DNA of 64,000 nucleotides from Bdellovibrionales bacterium. Its GTDB lineage: Bacteria; Bdellovibrionota; Bdellovibrionia; Bdellovibrionales; Bdellovibrionaceae. The translations under genes and the position numbers were made by a program. Numbering within the stretch: position 1 is the first letter of the stretch; each line of letters opens with the position of its first letter. The notes beneath the pieces are model-generated. The model had not been told where the DNA came from, did not search any database, and saw only the letters and a program-made list of their open reading frames with translations. Location: assembly GCA_043753645.1 (NCBI GenBank), contig JAYUWH010000115.1, forward strand, positions 141 through 64,140, in the 5' to 3' direction. Positions 1 to 11,190 of the stretch are shown here, piece after piece.

Positions 1-478
1 AAAAATGGGTTTCATTGAAGCTACTTTCGAGAATGGAATCGCTTTACTGAAAAAAAAACATATGGTGGTGCTGTTTCCGGAAGGCGCTAATGGCAACTTC
101 AAGGCCACCAGCAAGAAATATCAGCTGCAGGAATTCAAGCGGGGCTTCATTCGAATGGCACTTAAAACTGAAGCTGTTATAGTTCCCACTTTAATTATTG
201 GTGCGGAAGAAACTCATATAAATTTACAAAAACTAAAATTTACTAAATTTTTGCGTGGTCTAGTATTGCCACTACCACTTAACGTAATTCCACTGCCCGC
301 GAAATGGAAAATTATTTTTTTAAATCCAATTCGGTTGCCATTTGCGCCAAGCAAAGTTGATGACGTGGAGCTTTGTCACGATCTAGCGGCTGAGGTGCAA
401 GAATCGATGCAAAAAAAGCTAAATAAGGAAATAAAATTGCGGGGCTCGGCCTATTTCGCAACTAAGGAGAAAAAATGA
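1..478 (+). CDS. Lysophospholipid/glycerol acyltransferase family protein (5'-truncated by window edge)
   Basis: VVLFPEG motif followed by F+RGF+R+A and VP..I.G, typical of PlsC/DGAT-like acyltransferases; reading frame is open from the window start. Confidence 0.8.
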   Translation, partial: KMGFIEATFENGIALLKKKHMVVLFPEGANGNFKATSKKYQLQEFKRGFIRMALKTEAVIVPTLIIGAEETHINLQKLKFTKFLRGLVLPLPLNVIPLPAKWKIIFLNPIRLPFAPSKVDDVELCHDLAAEVQESMQKKLNKEIKLRGSAYFATKEKK

Positions 479-969
479 AGTGGTTAACACGGATACTAGG
501 ATTTTTATTTTTATCGACCCAATTGAATGCGTATGAAGGTTTTCGATGTATTCCTTCTATTCGAGACACCCGTTTGCAAGTTATGGTTCGTGATAACCAA
601 ATTGAAGCGTTGATTACCAACGGTATGGGTTACGAATTTATGCCGCAGTTTGAGGGGCCAAGTTCAGCCTACCTTATTTCATTTAATAAAATGCAAGCTG
701 CTGATTTGAAAGACATAGGAGATATGATTTCTTTGAAATGGCCAAAGGAAAAGTGCACGCTAGACACTGAAAAATTCACATTAACATGTAGTGGAATTGC
801 AGAAAGCTCGGTTAAGTCTATTGAAGGACTAGGACTAACAACTACAGAAATTACGGAAAAATATGAAACTGAAACTTATGCAAAGAGAAAGTTCCGCTTT
901 TCTTTGCATAAAGATAATTATTATTTTGTCAGTTTAGTTTTTGATATTAAAAATTGTGAAAAATTATAA
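475..969 (+). CDS. Hypothetical secreted protein
   Basis: ATGA overlap with upstream gene, SD AAGGAG, signal peptide ending LNA, four Cys. Confidence 0.75.
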   Translation: MKWLTRILGFLFLSTQLNAYEGFRCIPSIRDTRLQVMVRDNQIEALITNGMGYEFMPQFEGPSSAYLISFNKMQAADLKDIGDMISLKWPKEKCTLDTEKFTLTCSGIAESSVKSIEGLGLTTTEITEKYETETYAKRKFRFSLHKDNYYFVSLVFDIKNCEKL

Positions 970-971
970 AT

Positions 972-1259
972 TCAAGGTGTTGCTGGACATTTGGCGCCAT
1001 TACCAGAAAAGTTAGTTTGCTTGGCGCAATCCGGAATGTCGTTACCGATAATTCTTATAATTTGATCCCATTTATCAATTATGATTCCAGGCTTTTTATT
1101 GCTGTTAGGGCCTCCGCCTTCGCGTCCGATAAGGCCCTTAATAAGAATTGCTGCGCAAGCCACGGCAATAACCATAAGCAGTAAATACTCGACTAAAACC
1201 TGACCTTTATTATTTGATGATTTAATTTTAAATAAGCTAAATTTCTGCAGGTGCATCAT
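972..1259 (-). CDS. Flp/Tad-like pilin or pseudopilin (class III signal peptide)
   Basis: NNKG|QVLVEYLLLMVIAV: Gly cleavage site, Glu at +5, Tyr at +6, then a hydrophobic helix; exact start uncertain. Confidence 0.65.
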   Translation of the reverse strand: MMHLQKFSLFKIKSSNNKGQVLVEYLLLMVIAVACAAILIKGLIGREGGGPNSNKKPGIIIDKWDQIIRIIGNDIPDCAKQTNFSGNGAKCPATP

Positions 1260-1680
1260 TTAAGTCTAACAAGCTTTGTTGCTGCAACCAAGTCGTTAAA
1301 TTTTTCTCGATGAAGGCAAGCTGAGTTTGCAAATCATCATCATTTTGTGGTTGGACAAAACCAAAGGCTAATCCTTCGTCCCACGCTTGCATAAATTGAA
1401 TTTCTGCCGATTCCAAAATTGCAGGACTTTCAAAGATGCCTTGGACGCTTTTTTTATCGGGGTACATCAGCAAAAAGACATGTTCTTTATTATGTTGCGA
1501 CCACCGCTTTACTTCGTTCCATAAGTTCTGATGCTCGGTTTGCAAAAGATGATATAGCTTTAACGCCGCAGATTCGTAGGTCTGCGAAAAGTATATCCGA
1601 AAAGCCCCATCAAACACCGCAGTGTTGAAAACCGGATTGTAAAAACGAGTCGTCATAAAAGAAGAATATGTTGCTGCCAT
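1237..1680 (-). CDS. Hypothetical protein
   Basis: 147 aa ORF overlapping the pilin-like gene; -10-like TAGGCT 6 nt before ATG. Confidence 0.7.
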   Translation of the reverse strand: MAATYSSFMTTRFYNPVFNTAVFDGAFRIYFSQTYESAALKLYHLLQTEHQNLWNEVKRWSQHNKEHVFLLMYPDKKSVQGIFESPAILESAEIQFMQAWDEGLAFGFVQPQNDDDLQTQLAFIEKNLTTWLQQQSLLDLNDAPAEI

Positions 1681-1718
1681 GTTCGTAGCCTAGAAAAGCT
1701 TGGGCCCTTTTAACAAGC

Positions 1719-1741
1719 AAAATTTAAGAATCTTAAATTTT
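1719..1741. promoter_or_regulatory. Perfect 11-bp inverted repeat (operator or hutI terminator)
   Basis: AAAATTTAAGA-A-TCTTAAATTTT between the hutI stop and the next gene's promoter. Confidence 0.4.
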
Positions 1742-1753
1742 TAATGTATTGCG

Positions 1754-2959
1754 TTATAAATCGAGCAATCCTTTAACTTTTCTAACAGTTCCTCGTATGA
1801 AAAGCTGATGCAAAGGCATGTGACCCGCAGAATAGAAGAAATCTGATATCTCGGCGTCTGTGCTGATAAAGTTAGCGCTTTTGCCAATGACAAGTTCACC
1901 CTCTTCGCTGAAAATTCCTAAGGCTTTCGCAGCATTGGCTGTGTACGCTGTGAAGACTTCGGGCAAGGTCATTTTCATTTCCAAGCGTGCAAGCAATCCA
2001 ACAAGCGATAAATCTTGAGTCGGGCAACTTCCTGGATTGAAATCTGTCGCCAACGCCACCATGGCGCCGGCATCAATTAATTTTCGCGCTTGTGGAAAGG
2101 GACATTTCATATACAAGTCAGCAACAGGTAACAATACCGCGACCGTTTTTGATTTTGCAAAATCCGTGAAGTGCTTTTCAGTTAAGTGAATCACGTGATC
2201 AGCCGACCTAGCATTTAAATTTAGGGCCAAATCTGCAGCGCCCGAATTACTGAGCTGATTGGCATGAATGGTAATTTCAAATCCCAACATTTTAGCTGTT
2301 TTCAAAAATATTTCCGCAGCATCAATTTCGAAAAAATTTTTTTCAATAAAGATGTCGACTCGGCTAGATAATTTTTTTTTCTTGATAACTGGTAGAACTT
2401 CTTTGGTTAAATACGATAAATAATCACCGTGAGATTTAAACTCTGCAGGAAGTGCATGTGCTCCCAGAAAGGTAGATATAATTCTCGGCCCTGTTAGTTG
2501 CTTTATCACTTGCAACATTTTGATTTCATTTTCTAAATCAAGAGCATAACCTGATTTGATCTCGAGGGTAGAAACTCCCTGCAACATAAATCTATTTACA
2601 ACCTTTTGCGCTTTGATCTGCAATTGCTTGGCTGAAGCTTCTCGAGTTTTTCGCATCGTCGACAATATACCGCCGCCCTTGGCTGCGATTTCTAAATAAC
2701 TAATGCCTTGGTTTCTCATTTCAAATTCATCAGCACGTGAGCCCGCAAAAACCGAATGAGTATGGCATTCAATGAATGAAGGCAATATCAATTGATTCTG
2801 CATATTAATTTCACTGGTTAGTTTTTTTGTCTTTGGAATTTTAGATTGGGGTCCAATCCAAGCTAACTTACCGTCTTCGACAATAAATGCCATTTTGCCT
2901 TGGTGACCTTTAAAGTCAGCCTGAGTCCATCTGCAATTTCTAAAAAGTTGACGTTTCAC
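1754..2959 (-). CDS. hutI: Imidazolonepropionase
   Basis: CHTHSVFAGSRADEF, GGGILST, EIKSGYAL, ALATDFNPGS. Confidence 0.95.
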   Translation of the reverse strand: MKRQLFRNCRWTQADFKGHQGKMAFIVEDGKLAWIGPQSKIPKTKKLTSEINMQNQLILPSFIECHTHSVFAGSRADEFEMRNQGISYLEIAAKGGGILSTMRKTREASAKQLQIKAQKVVNRFMLQGVSTLEIKSGYALDLENEIKMLQVIKQLTGPRIISTFLGAHALPAEFKSHGDYLSYLTKEVLPVIKKKKLSSRVDIFIEKNFFEIDAAEIFLKTAKMLGFEITIHANQLSNSGAADLALNLNARSADHVIHLTEKHFTDFAKSKTVAVLLPVADLYMKCPFPQARKLIDAGAMVALATDFNPGSCPTQDLSLVGLLARLEMKMTLPEVFTAYTANAAKALGIFSEEGELVIGKSANFISTDAEISDFFYSAGHMPLHQLFIRGTVRKVKGLLDL

Positions 2960-3208
2960 ACCGAAAATTATGGTCGGTTTACGGAGTTAGTTCAACGACT
3001 GAATACGCAATTAAGGTCGTTTTGCTGTCAAAACAATTGCCAGGTTTCAAAGCTCATCGAAGACCGCCACTGCAATGTCATTGTCTCATGCTGAGATGGC
3101 TTGACCCCAACTTGAACAGAAGGACTTTAGAGTGTCTCAAAAATGGATTGCTAAACTAAAATGAACTTATGGAGCTTGGATTGCAATTATACAAGCTTCG
3201 GAGGTTCT

Positions 3209-4774
3209 ATGAGATTACTATTCACAACATTATTGCCGGTGTTAATGCTAGCTAGCCTTGCCAATGCCGAAAAAATCTTGGTTCTGGAAACTCCACAGGA
3301 ATCACTGGATGCGCGCGTAGAACTCATCATGAATGCAAAAAAAACAATTGATGTGCAGTACTTCACGGTTGAACATGATTATATTTCGATTAGTGGTTTA
3401 GCCTTGCTACGAGAAGCTGCACGCCGTGACGTAAAAGTTCGAGTCATCGTTGATTCTATGCATAACCTTATGACTCGTGAAATGATGGGCGCATTTCTAG
3501 ATAACTTGGATCCAAAGGCACAAAAAAATATAGAAATTAAAGAATTCAATACGTTTAACATTTTCAAGCCTCTTTGCTACACACGAAGGATGCATGACAA
3601 ATCCTTAATTATTGACGGCCAATTCCTTATCGTTGGAGATCGAAACGTAGCCAACGGCTACTATGACATCCCAGATGTTCAAAATGGTGTGCAACTACCA
3701 TCCTTTGAAGGAACTGACGTTTTATTATCTGGAACTAAATCAATAAATGAAGCGCAAAGATATTTTGATGAGCGCTGGAAGTCACGTGATGTAACGTCGG
3801 TCCAACTTTACGAATATAGCGACACGCAGTTAGATTATTCTTATTGCAATTATCGTTATCCAGACGACACTTCTGCGTGTGAAATGCGCCGGCAAGATGC
3901 CGTGAAGAAAATTAAATCGGAAATTCTTCAATTGGATACCGCTTATGCAAGAACAACTTTAAATTATGCAGAAAAATTACGTCTAAGTCCAACTGCAAAA
4001 AGTTTGGAAACAGCTTATGAATCTAACGATGTCACTTTTATTCACGACGATGCCAACCGTCGGGTTTGCAAAGGTAAAAATCCAGAGCTTAATATCGGAA
4101 AAACACTTTATGAAACGATTGCCGCAGAAACAAAGCACGATTTAATTATAGTTACACCCTATCTAATAGTAACACCTGAAATGGAAAATTTAATCCGTCA
4201 TTTAGTCATCGATAAAGGAGTGTTAGTTCGATTTTTAACGAATTCAACTGAATCAAACGATGTTGCAGGCGCAACTGCAGGATATCTAAAAACTCGCAAT
4301 CGCCTGATGTCTATTAAAAATCCTAAAACAGGTAATGGTGTTCGCATTTATGAATTTTTTAACATTAGTAATCCCACATTGCACAATTTGCAAGGTGAAG
4401 TCATCCAGCAAGGAAAAACTTTAGATACCGTGCATGCGAAGATCGTTTTAATGGATAGCAAAAAAGCTTTCATCGGATCTTACAACTGGGACTATCGCAG
4501 CCAGAATTTAAATAGCGAAGTTGGAGTCCTGATTGGCTTATTGGGTTTAAAAACGGAACCCACCAAGGAAATTCGTCATCGTCTTGCGGAATTGTTAACC
4601 ACCGCAAAATTAGTTCGAGCAGATGGCACAGTCAATGACGAGCAAAAAATTAAAACTCAAATGACAACAAAAGAGCGCGCAACGATTGATGGCATTATTG
4701 CAGCAAGGGCTAAAAATGCGAAGTTATGGCAACTGATTTTAGAGTTACCATTAAATTTTATTAATCAACTGTAA
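3209..4774 (+). CDS. Secreted phospholipase D family protein (ClsC-like, two HKD motifs)
   Basis: RRMHDKSLIIDG and VHAKIVLMD..FIGSYNWD.RS..LNSE; SD GGAGG before ATG 3209; signal peptide ending ANA. Confidence 0.88.
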   Translation: MRLLFTTLLPVLMLASLANAEKILVLETPQESLDARVELIMNAKKTIDVQYFTVEHDYISISGLALLREAARRDVKVRVIVDSMHNLMTREMMGAFLDNLDPKAQKNIEIKEFNTFNIFKPLCYTRRMHDKSLIIDGQFLIVGDRNVANGYYDIPDVQNGVQLPSFEGTDVLLSGTKSINEAQRYFDERWKSRDVTSVQLYEYSDTQLDYSYCNYRYPDDTSACEMRRQDAVKKIKSEILQLDTAYARTTLNYAEKLRLSPTAKSLETAYESNDVTFIHDDANRRVCKGKNPELNIGKTLYETIAAETKHDLIIVTPYLIVTPEMENLIRHLVIDKGVLVRFLTNSTESNDVAGATAGYLKTRNRLMSIKNPKTGNGVRIYEFFNISNPTLHNLQGEVIQQGKTLDTVHAKIVLMDSKKAFIGSYNWDYRSQNLNSEVGVLIGLLGLKTEPTKEIRHRLAELLTTAKLVRADGTVNDEQKIKTQMTTKERATIDGIIAARAKNAKLWQLILELPLNFINQL

Positions 4775-4794
4775 AAAGTAAAGAACTAGAAACG

Positions 4795-6387
4795 GTGATG
4801 GATATGAAACGAAATCTATTAAGAAAATCGCTACTTGGATTATTTTTGGCCGCGGCTGCAATGACAAGCTGTCAAAAAGCTGCAGACAGTAAAAAATCTG
4901 AACCTGCACCAATTATTGACACAGATAAAAAAATTAACGATGTTATGTGCTCTGATGAAATTCTAAAATTAAGCGCTGATTTCCAAGTTTCCCAAACGCA
5001 AACAACGGATATTTTCGAACAGCTTTCTATTAAAGCCGGTGACGCAGGTCTGCAGCAAAGGTATAAAAAATCAGGTCAAAAACAAGTCGATCTGTGCAAC
5101 GCCTTAAACGCACAACTTGCTAAAGAAAATGTTTCAAGCTGTTTAAAATCTGCAGATATCAATTTGAATGACAACTTAATAACAACAGCAAAAATCGACA
5201 GCGATTGTAAAACAACCACAGACTTTTACAATCGTATTTTACGACAATATGGTGGCGAAAACTTAAGCGCCAAATCCAAGCGCCTTTTATTGCAATTTTC
5301 GGATGCCGCGAAAGTACTTATTCAATCTAAAGGAGTTAGCGAATTTAAATATCTAGCTAACGGAGAAATTAAATCAGGCCGTGAATTATTAAAACAAGAC
5401 CTTCTTGATAAGAAAATTACTTGCCTATTTACCGCGACAGCGAAATCAAGTCCGAATGAGTCTACTTTCCGTGTCTTATCAGAAATGTCCGAATCAACTT
5501 TTGAAAATGATCAGGCGACTGCTGGATCCCACTTTGCTTTAGCGCTTGAGGATTCTTCACACTTAATGCTTAGTTTGTCGTGTATGAATGCGACTTTTAA
5601 TTTAGCAAAAGACGGCAAAGAAAACTTACAAAAAATATTAGGCACGTTGATAAAAATCGAAGATAAAATAGACACTTCGGCCGATTTAAAAGACTCAACT
5701 CATTTAAACAATGATGTCGCAGCAAAGCCACAACCGAAGCAAAACCCGGAAGATGGAAAATCGACCGCAGCCGAAGCCCAGAAGAAAGCCGCAGGCATGG
5801 TTGATGATGTTGTCAGTAAAGCCAAGGCTACAATCCATGAAGTGGTGAAAGACACTTTGGTTGAAATAAAAACGACGACCGATCAAACGCGCTCTGAAAC
5901 CATCGTTGAGGTTAAAAAAGCAACTCAAGAATTAACGTCCGAAGCCTTGGAACATGCAGCCCTTGTTGCGCAAAAGCTATCTGAAGAAACGATTAAAAAT
6001 GCGACCGCAGCAGCCGAAAAGTTATCAGATCATATCATTGAAAAAAGCGCTGCCGCTGCCCAAGTCATCGCTGATAAAGCCATAGAAAAAGCTTCGGCTG
6101 CAGCGATAACTGTTTCTAAAGAGGTGCTTGCAGAGTCCGAGAAGACTGCCGACCGCGTCGTTAAAAATTCAGTAAAAACGGCTGTAAATGCAGTGATAGA
6201 AACAGCTACAAAACCGTTAGAATACGTTCAAGGCAAAGTGAGAGACGCCATCGAAGCTTCTGTAGACACGACAAAAAGCATTTATAATTATTTTAAAGAA
6301 AAAATAAGCAGTGCTAGCAAAGCTGTATCTTTTGCGACAGAATCTCCGTACGAAAAATTGAAAAAGAAGAATACAGAAACAAAGTAG
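4795..6387 (+). CDS. Lipoprotein with C-terminal 15-residue helical repeats
   Basis: Lipobox-like AMTSC; Ala/Lys/Glu-rich C-terminal repeats; 20 bp downstream of the PLD gene. Confidence 0.75.
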   Translation: MMDMKRNLLRKSLLGLFLAAAAMTSCQKAADSKKSEPAPIIDTDKKINDVMCSDEILKLSADFQVSQTQTTDIFEQLSIKAGDAGLQQRYKKSGQKQVDLCNALNAQLAKENVSSCLKSADINLNDNLITTAKIDSDCKTTTDFYNRILRQYGGENLSAKSKRLLLQFSDAAKVLIQSKGVSEFKYLANGEIKSGRELLKQDLLDKKITCLFTATAKSSPNESTFRVLSEMSESTFENDQATAGSHFALALEDSSHLMLSLSCMNATFNLAKDGKENLQKILGTLIKIEDKIDTSADLKDSTHLNNDVAAKPQPKQNPEDGKSTAAEAQKKAAGMVDDVVSKAKATIHEVVKDTLVEIKTTTDQTRSETIVEVKKATQELTSEALEHAALVAQKLSEETIKNATAAAEKLSDHIIEKSAAAAQVIADKAIEKASAAAITVSKEVLAESEKTADRVVKNSVKTAVNAVIETATKPLEYVQGKVRDAIEASVDTTKSIYNYFKEKISSASKAVSFATESPYEKLKKKNTETK

Positions 6388-6393
6388 TAAAGA

Positions 6394-7095
6394 TTATTTC
6401 AAATAAGCTTTACTACAAACTTTAAGATTCTCATCCAATTCATAAATTAAGGGAATTCCCGTGGGCACATTGGTTTCCAGGATCTCTTCAGGAGATAAAT
6501 TCTCGAGATATTGAATTAATGCCCGTAAAGAGTTGCCGTGAGCTGCAATCAAAACTTTTTTACCTGCTAAAATATCTTTTGTTATTTTCGAATTCCAAAG
6601 TGGCAGCACCCGCGCCACGGTGTCCTTCAAGGATTCTCCGCTTGGTAATTCATTCGGCAAGACATCCTCGTACCGTAAATCATGATTGGGATGGTTTATA
6701 TCTGTCGCTGGCATTTGCGGAGGGCGCGTGTCATAACTTCGACGCCAAATTTTAACTTGCGCATCACCATGCTTCGCCGCAGTTTCAGCTTTATCTAATC
6801 CTTGCAGCGCGCCGTAATGACGCTCGTTCAGCCGCCATTCCTTAGTCACAGGAATCCATGCTAAATCCATCTCGTCTAGAATAATATTGAGCGTTTTAAT
6901 GGCGCGGGTCAGGCGACTTGTATAAGCTAAGTCAAACGCAAAACCTTTTGCTACCAGCAGCTTGCCCGCTTTTTGTGCTTCAGTAATTCCAGTGGGCGAA
7001 AGATCGACATCTTGCCAACCTGTGAATCGATTTTCTAAATTCCAAGTGGATTCTCCGTGGCGGATGACGACCAATTTAAACTTTGAATTTTTCAT
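6394..7095 (-). CDS. gpmA: 2,3-bisphosphoglycerate-dependent phosphoglycerate mutase
   Basis: [37 protein letters not shown]. Confidence 0.97.
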   Translation of the reverse strand: MKNSKFKLVVIRHGESTWNLENRFTGWQDVDLSPTGITEAQKAGKLLVAKGFAFDLAYTSRLTRAIKTLNIILDEMDLAWIPVTKEWRLNERHYGALQGLDKAETAAKHGDAQVKIWRRSYDTRPPQMPATDINHPNHDLRYEDVLPNELPSGESLKDTVARVLPLWNSKITKDILAGKKVLIAAHGNSLRALIQYLENLSPEEILETNVPTGIPLIYELDENLKVCSKAYLK

Positions 7096-7177
7096 GCAAA
7101 ACCCCTGAATTTTAATTCATCTTAGAATCTTTTTATGAGAGGATTATGACTGAATTCACAGTCGAGGTCAAAACACA

Positions 7178-9892
7178 ATGAATCACTTAAATATGGATTA
7201 TTTAGAATCACTTTACTTCCAGTTTCAAACCGCACCCGAATCTGTAGGTCTTGAGTGGCAACGTTTTTTCGAAGGCGTTGATTTTTCCAAAGATTTTAAG
7301 CAAGGCGGCCTTTCAGAAAAGGAATTGGATGTTTTTAATTTAATAAATGCCTATCGTAATTATGGCCACTATGAGGCTGATCTAGATCCGTTAACGAACA
7401 CTCCTTCGCCAAGTGATCAGCTGCACTTGAGCAAATTTAATCTAAGCGAAAAGGACCTTGAGACAAAGTTTCAAATTAGTTCTTTGATTGGCAAAAAAAA
7501 TTCTTCGTTAAAAGAAATAATCTCTTTTTTAAAAAGTGTTTACTGTGGTCGCCTCACTGTCCAATGCGCAGAGGCTTTGCCTGAAATCCGCAACTGGTTC
7601 ATCAAAGATTTCGAACAAAATCCGACTGAGTTTAAAGTGGCTGCTGAGTACAAAAAGGATATTTTGAAATCGCTAACGGCAACGGAAGCCCTAGAAAAAT
7701 TTATTCACACCCGCTATGTTGGAACCAAAAGATTTTCGATTGAAGGTGGCGATGCCATTATGCCGATGCTAGATCACCTGGTGACAAAAGGTGCTTCCTT
7801 AAAAATGGAAGAGCTTGTTGTTGGAATGTCGCACCGGGGTCGTGTAAATGTTCTTGCTAATTTTATGGGTAAGGACGTCGGCACGATGTTCGCCGATTTT
7901 AATGGCCCGACGGAGCTTGAAGTTCCGTTAGAAGATTTTGATGGCGACGTAAAATATCATTTAGGTTATACGAAAACAAAAAAAACGCCGACAGGCGAAG
8001 TTGCTACGCATCTAGCATTTAATCCCTCTCATCTTGAGGCCGTTAATCCAGTTGTACTTGGCATGACTCGCGCATTTCAACGCCGCAAGAGCGATATCAC
8101 CGAGCGAAATCGTGTGGTCCCTATTTTAATTCACGGCGATGCGGCTTTTGCTGGTCAAGGTGTCGTGATGGAAACATTTCAGATGGCCCATGTGCGCGGC
8201 TACACGGTAGGCGGAACAATTCATGTCGTGATCGATAATCAAGTTGGTTTTACCACGAATCCTGAAAGTGGTCGTTCGGCCCACTACTCGTCGGATGTTG
8301 CAAAAGTGCTGGCAATCCCCGTTCTTCATTGTAACGGTGATGATGTCGAATCTTGTGTTCGCGCAATGGATATTGCGATTCGTTACCGGCAAGAATACAA
8401 GCGTGACATTGTTATTAATTTACTTTGTTATCGTCGTTTTGGACATAACGAAGGCGACGAGCCAGCTTACACTCAGCCACTGATGTACGATATTATCCGC
8501 AGTCATCCTACTTTGCGAGAAATTTATTCTAAAAATTTAGTTCAGAATTATGTTTGTGATCAGGCCTTTGCCGATGCATTACTTGCGGATCGCATGAATG
8601 AGCTACAAAAAATATTCGAACAGACGAAATTATCTGCACCTAAAATAAAAACTTTTAAATTTGAAGGCACGTGGGCTGGGCTAAAAAAAGCAACACAGGC
8701 CGATGTCGAAAAACCAACTGATACAAAGTTCGATTTGAATCAACTTAAAAAAGTGGGTGCTTTAATTGCGTCGATACCTGAATCTTTTAATGTCCATCCA
8801 AAGCTTGTAAAACTTCTAGAAGCCCGTCGCGCGATGGCTTCCGGTAAAGAACTTATCGACTGGGGTATGGGCGAACTTTTAGCCTATGGAAGTCTGCTTT
8901 CAGAAAACACGCCGGTTCGATTAACCGGGCAGGATTGCGTCCGCGGGACTTTTACTCATCGTCATTCGGGTTTTTACGATGTGAAAACCAGCGAGGCTTA
9001 TTTTAGCTTAAAAGAACTTAATTCTGAGAAAACTAATTTCTGCGTTTATGATTCCATTTTATCTGAATACGCTGTGATGGGCTTCGAATATGGGAACTCG
9101 ATCACCGACCCTAGCTTCTTAACTATGTGGGAAGCGCAATTCGGGGATTTTAGCAATGGCGCCCAAATTATCATTGATCAATTTATCGCAGCCGGCGAAT
9201 CAAAATGGCAGCAGATGAGCGGCTTGGTATTACTATTACCGCATGGCTACGAAGGCCAGGGGCCCGAGCATTCTTCGGCGCGACTTGAGCGCTTCTTGCA
9301 GCTGTCAGCACAGAACAATATTCAAGTTGCAAATTTAACAACGCCGGCACAAATGTTTCATGCCTTACGCCGACAAGTTCGACGCGAGTTCCGTAAGCCA
9401 TTAGTTATCATGACTCCTAAATCTTTGCTTCGACATCCCCGCGCAACAAGCACTTTGGAAGACTTGGCGCAAGGGACTTTCCAAGAAGTGATCAATGATC
9501 CATTTATTTCTGATCCAAAAAAGGTTGAAAAGATCGTTTTAGTTTCAGGAAAACTTTATTATGAACTTTTAGAAGAGCGTGAGAAAACCAAGGATTTATC
9601 AACTGCATTAATCCGCGTTGAGCAAATTTCACCATTTCCTGCTTGGAAGATAAAAGAAATATTTTCGCTTTACGGCCAAGCGAAGAAATTAATTTGGGCT
9701 CAAGAAGAACCGAAAAATATGGGTGGATATCAATTTGCTTATTTCAAATTAGTCGATATTTTACAGCAATCAAGTTCGAAAATGAGTTTGACTTACGTTG
9801 GACGAACCGAAAGATCTTCTCCGGCGACAGGTTCAATTTACCGCCATAAAACAGAACAACAAAAAATAGTCGCCGAAGTATTTAAAGTATAA
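7178..9892 (+). CDS. sucA: 2-oxoglutarate dehydrogenase E1
   Basis: [51 protein letters not shown]. Confidence 0.97.
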   Translation: MNHLNMDYLESLYFQFQTAPESVGLEWQRFFEGVDFSKDFKQGGLSEKELDVFNLINAYRNYGHYEADLDPLTNTPSPSDQLHLSKFNLSEKDLETKFQISSLIGKKNSSLKEIISFLKSVYCGRLTVQCAEALPEIRNWFIKDFEQNPTEFKVAAEYKKDILKSLTATEALEKFIHTRYVGTKRFSIEGGDAIMPMLDHLVTKGASLKMEELVVGMSHRGRVNVLANFMGKDVGTMFADFNGPTELEVPLEDFDGDVKYHLGYTKTKKTPTGEVATHLAFNPSHLEAVNPVVLGMTRAFQRRKSDITERNRVVPILIHGDAAFAGQGVVMETFQMAHVRGYTVGGTIHVVIDNQVGFTTNPESGRSAHYSSDVAKVLAIPVLHCNGDDVESCVRAMDIAIRYRQEYKRDIVINLLCYRRFGHNEGDEPAYTQPLMYDIIRSHPTLREIYSKNLVQNYVCDQAFADALLADRMNELQKIFEQTKLSAPKIKTFKFEGTWAGLKKATQADVEKPTDTKFDLNQLKKVGALIASIPESFNVHPKLVKLLEARRAMASGKELIDWGMGELLAYGSLLSENTPVRLTGQDCVRGTFTHRHSGFYDVKTSEAYFSLKELNSEKTNFCVYDSILSEYAVMGFEYGNSITDPSFLTMWEAQFGDFSNGAQIIIDQFIAAGESKWQQMSGLVLLLPHGYEGQGPEHSSARLERFLQLSAQNNIQVANLTTPAQMFHALRRQVRREFRKPLVIMTPKSLLRHPRATSTLEDLAQGTFQEVINDPFISDPKKVEKIVLVSGKLYYELLEEREKTKDLSTALIRVEQISPFPAWKIKEIFSLYGQAKKLIWAQEEPKNMGGYQFAYFKLVDILQQSSSKMSLTYVGRTERSSPATGSIYRHKTEQQKIVAEVFKV

Positions 9893-9921
9893 TTATTTAT
9901 TTAACGAAAGGTTTTAGCTTT

Positions 9922-11190
9922 ATGAAATTAGAAATCAAAGTTCCAGCGGTTGGAGAATCCATCACAGAAGCCATAATCGGCAGCTGGACAAAAAAATCTG
10001 GCGAATTCGTGAAAATGAATGAAGTTATTCTCAATTTAGAAACTGATAAAGCCTCTGTTGAAGTTGTCGCAGAAAAAGATGGTGTGCTAAGCACGACAGC
10101 GCAGGCAGGTGACACGGTTAAGATTGGCGCCGTGATAGGCTCGATCGATACTGATGGGAAATCAACGACTGCGGCACCTGCTTCGGCGGTTATGAAAAAC
10201 CCCACAGTTCCACCGTTGCAATCGACCGGAGCCGCGCGAGCGACTCACCCAGAGCTGGCGGCGCACTTATCACCTGCAACTCAGCGTGCGGTTAGTGATA
10301 CCGGAATTAATCCAGCATCACTAACTGGCACAGGACTAGGTGGACGCTTAACAAAAAGTGATGTGTTAAATGCGACGCCAGCAACTATGCAGGCGCCTCA
10401 GCCTGCGGGCGCTGAAAAAAATAATTCAGCGAAGTCAGAAAAACCAATGATACCTTTTGTCACGCCAGCTGTTTCAGCTCCATCAAAACAAGGCGATATA
10501 AAGCGTGTGCCGATGACAAACATTCGCAAAAAAATTGCCGAGCGTTTAGTACAAGCTCAACAGACGGCAGCTATACTTACAACATTTAATGAAGTTGATA
10601 TGACTAAGATTTTAGAACTTCGTACCAAGTACAAAGATAAGTTCAAAGAAAAGTATGGGGTCAATTTAGGTTTCAATGGTTTTTTTGTGAAAGCAGTGCT
10701 TGAAGCGTTAAAAAGTTTTCCTGCTGTGAATGCGTCGATTACCGGTGATGATGTTGAGTACCATAATTATTATAATATCGGCATGGCAGTTTCGACGGAT
10801 CGTGGACTTATGGTTCCGGTTATCAAAGACGCTGATTTGTTATCTATTGCTGGCGTTGAATTGGCCTTACGTGATTTAGCCTTAAAGGGCCGAGACGGTA
10901 AAATTACTCCGGACAATTTGATGGGTGGAACATTTTCTATAACAAATGGCGGAGTTTTTGGATCGCTGTTATCGACTCCGATTTTAAATCCACCGCAAAG
11001 TGCAATCTTAGGATTACATAAAATTGAAGAGCGTGCTGTGGTTATTAATGGTAAAGTTGAAGCCCGCTCGATGATGTATGTGGCTTTGTCTTACGATCAC
11101 CGCCTTATCGATGGGAAAGAAGCAGTTAGCTTTTTAGTTAAAGTTAAAGAAGGCGTTGAAGATCCAGAAAGATTATTAATTGAAATCTAA
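9922..11190 (+). CDS. sucB: Dihydrolipoamide succinyltransferase E2
   Basis: Lipoyl domain [10 protein letters not shown]; [10 protein letters not shown] catalytic motif. Confidence 0.97.
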   Translation: MKLEIKVPAVGESITEAIIGSWTKKSGEFVKMNEVILNLETDKASVEVVAEKDGVLSTTAQAGDTVKIGAVIGSIDTDGKSTTAAPASAVMKNPTVPPLQSTGAARATHPELAAHLSPATQRAVSDTGINPASLTGTGLGGRLTKSDVLNATPATMQAPQPAGAEKNNSAKSEKPMIPFVTPAVSAPSKQGDIKRVPMTNIRKKIAERLVQAQQTAAILTTFNEVDMTKILELRTKYKDKFKEKYGVNLGFNGFFVKAVLEALKSFPAVNASITGDDVEYHNYYNIGMAVSTDRGLMVPVIKDADLLSIAGVELALRDLALKGRDGKITPDNLMGGTFSITNGGVFGSLLSTPILNPPQSAILGLHKIEERAVVINGKVEARSMMYVALSYDHRLIDGKEAVSFLVKVKEGVEDPERLLIEI

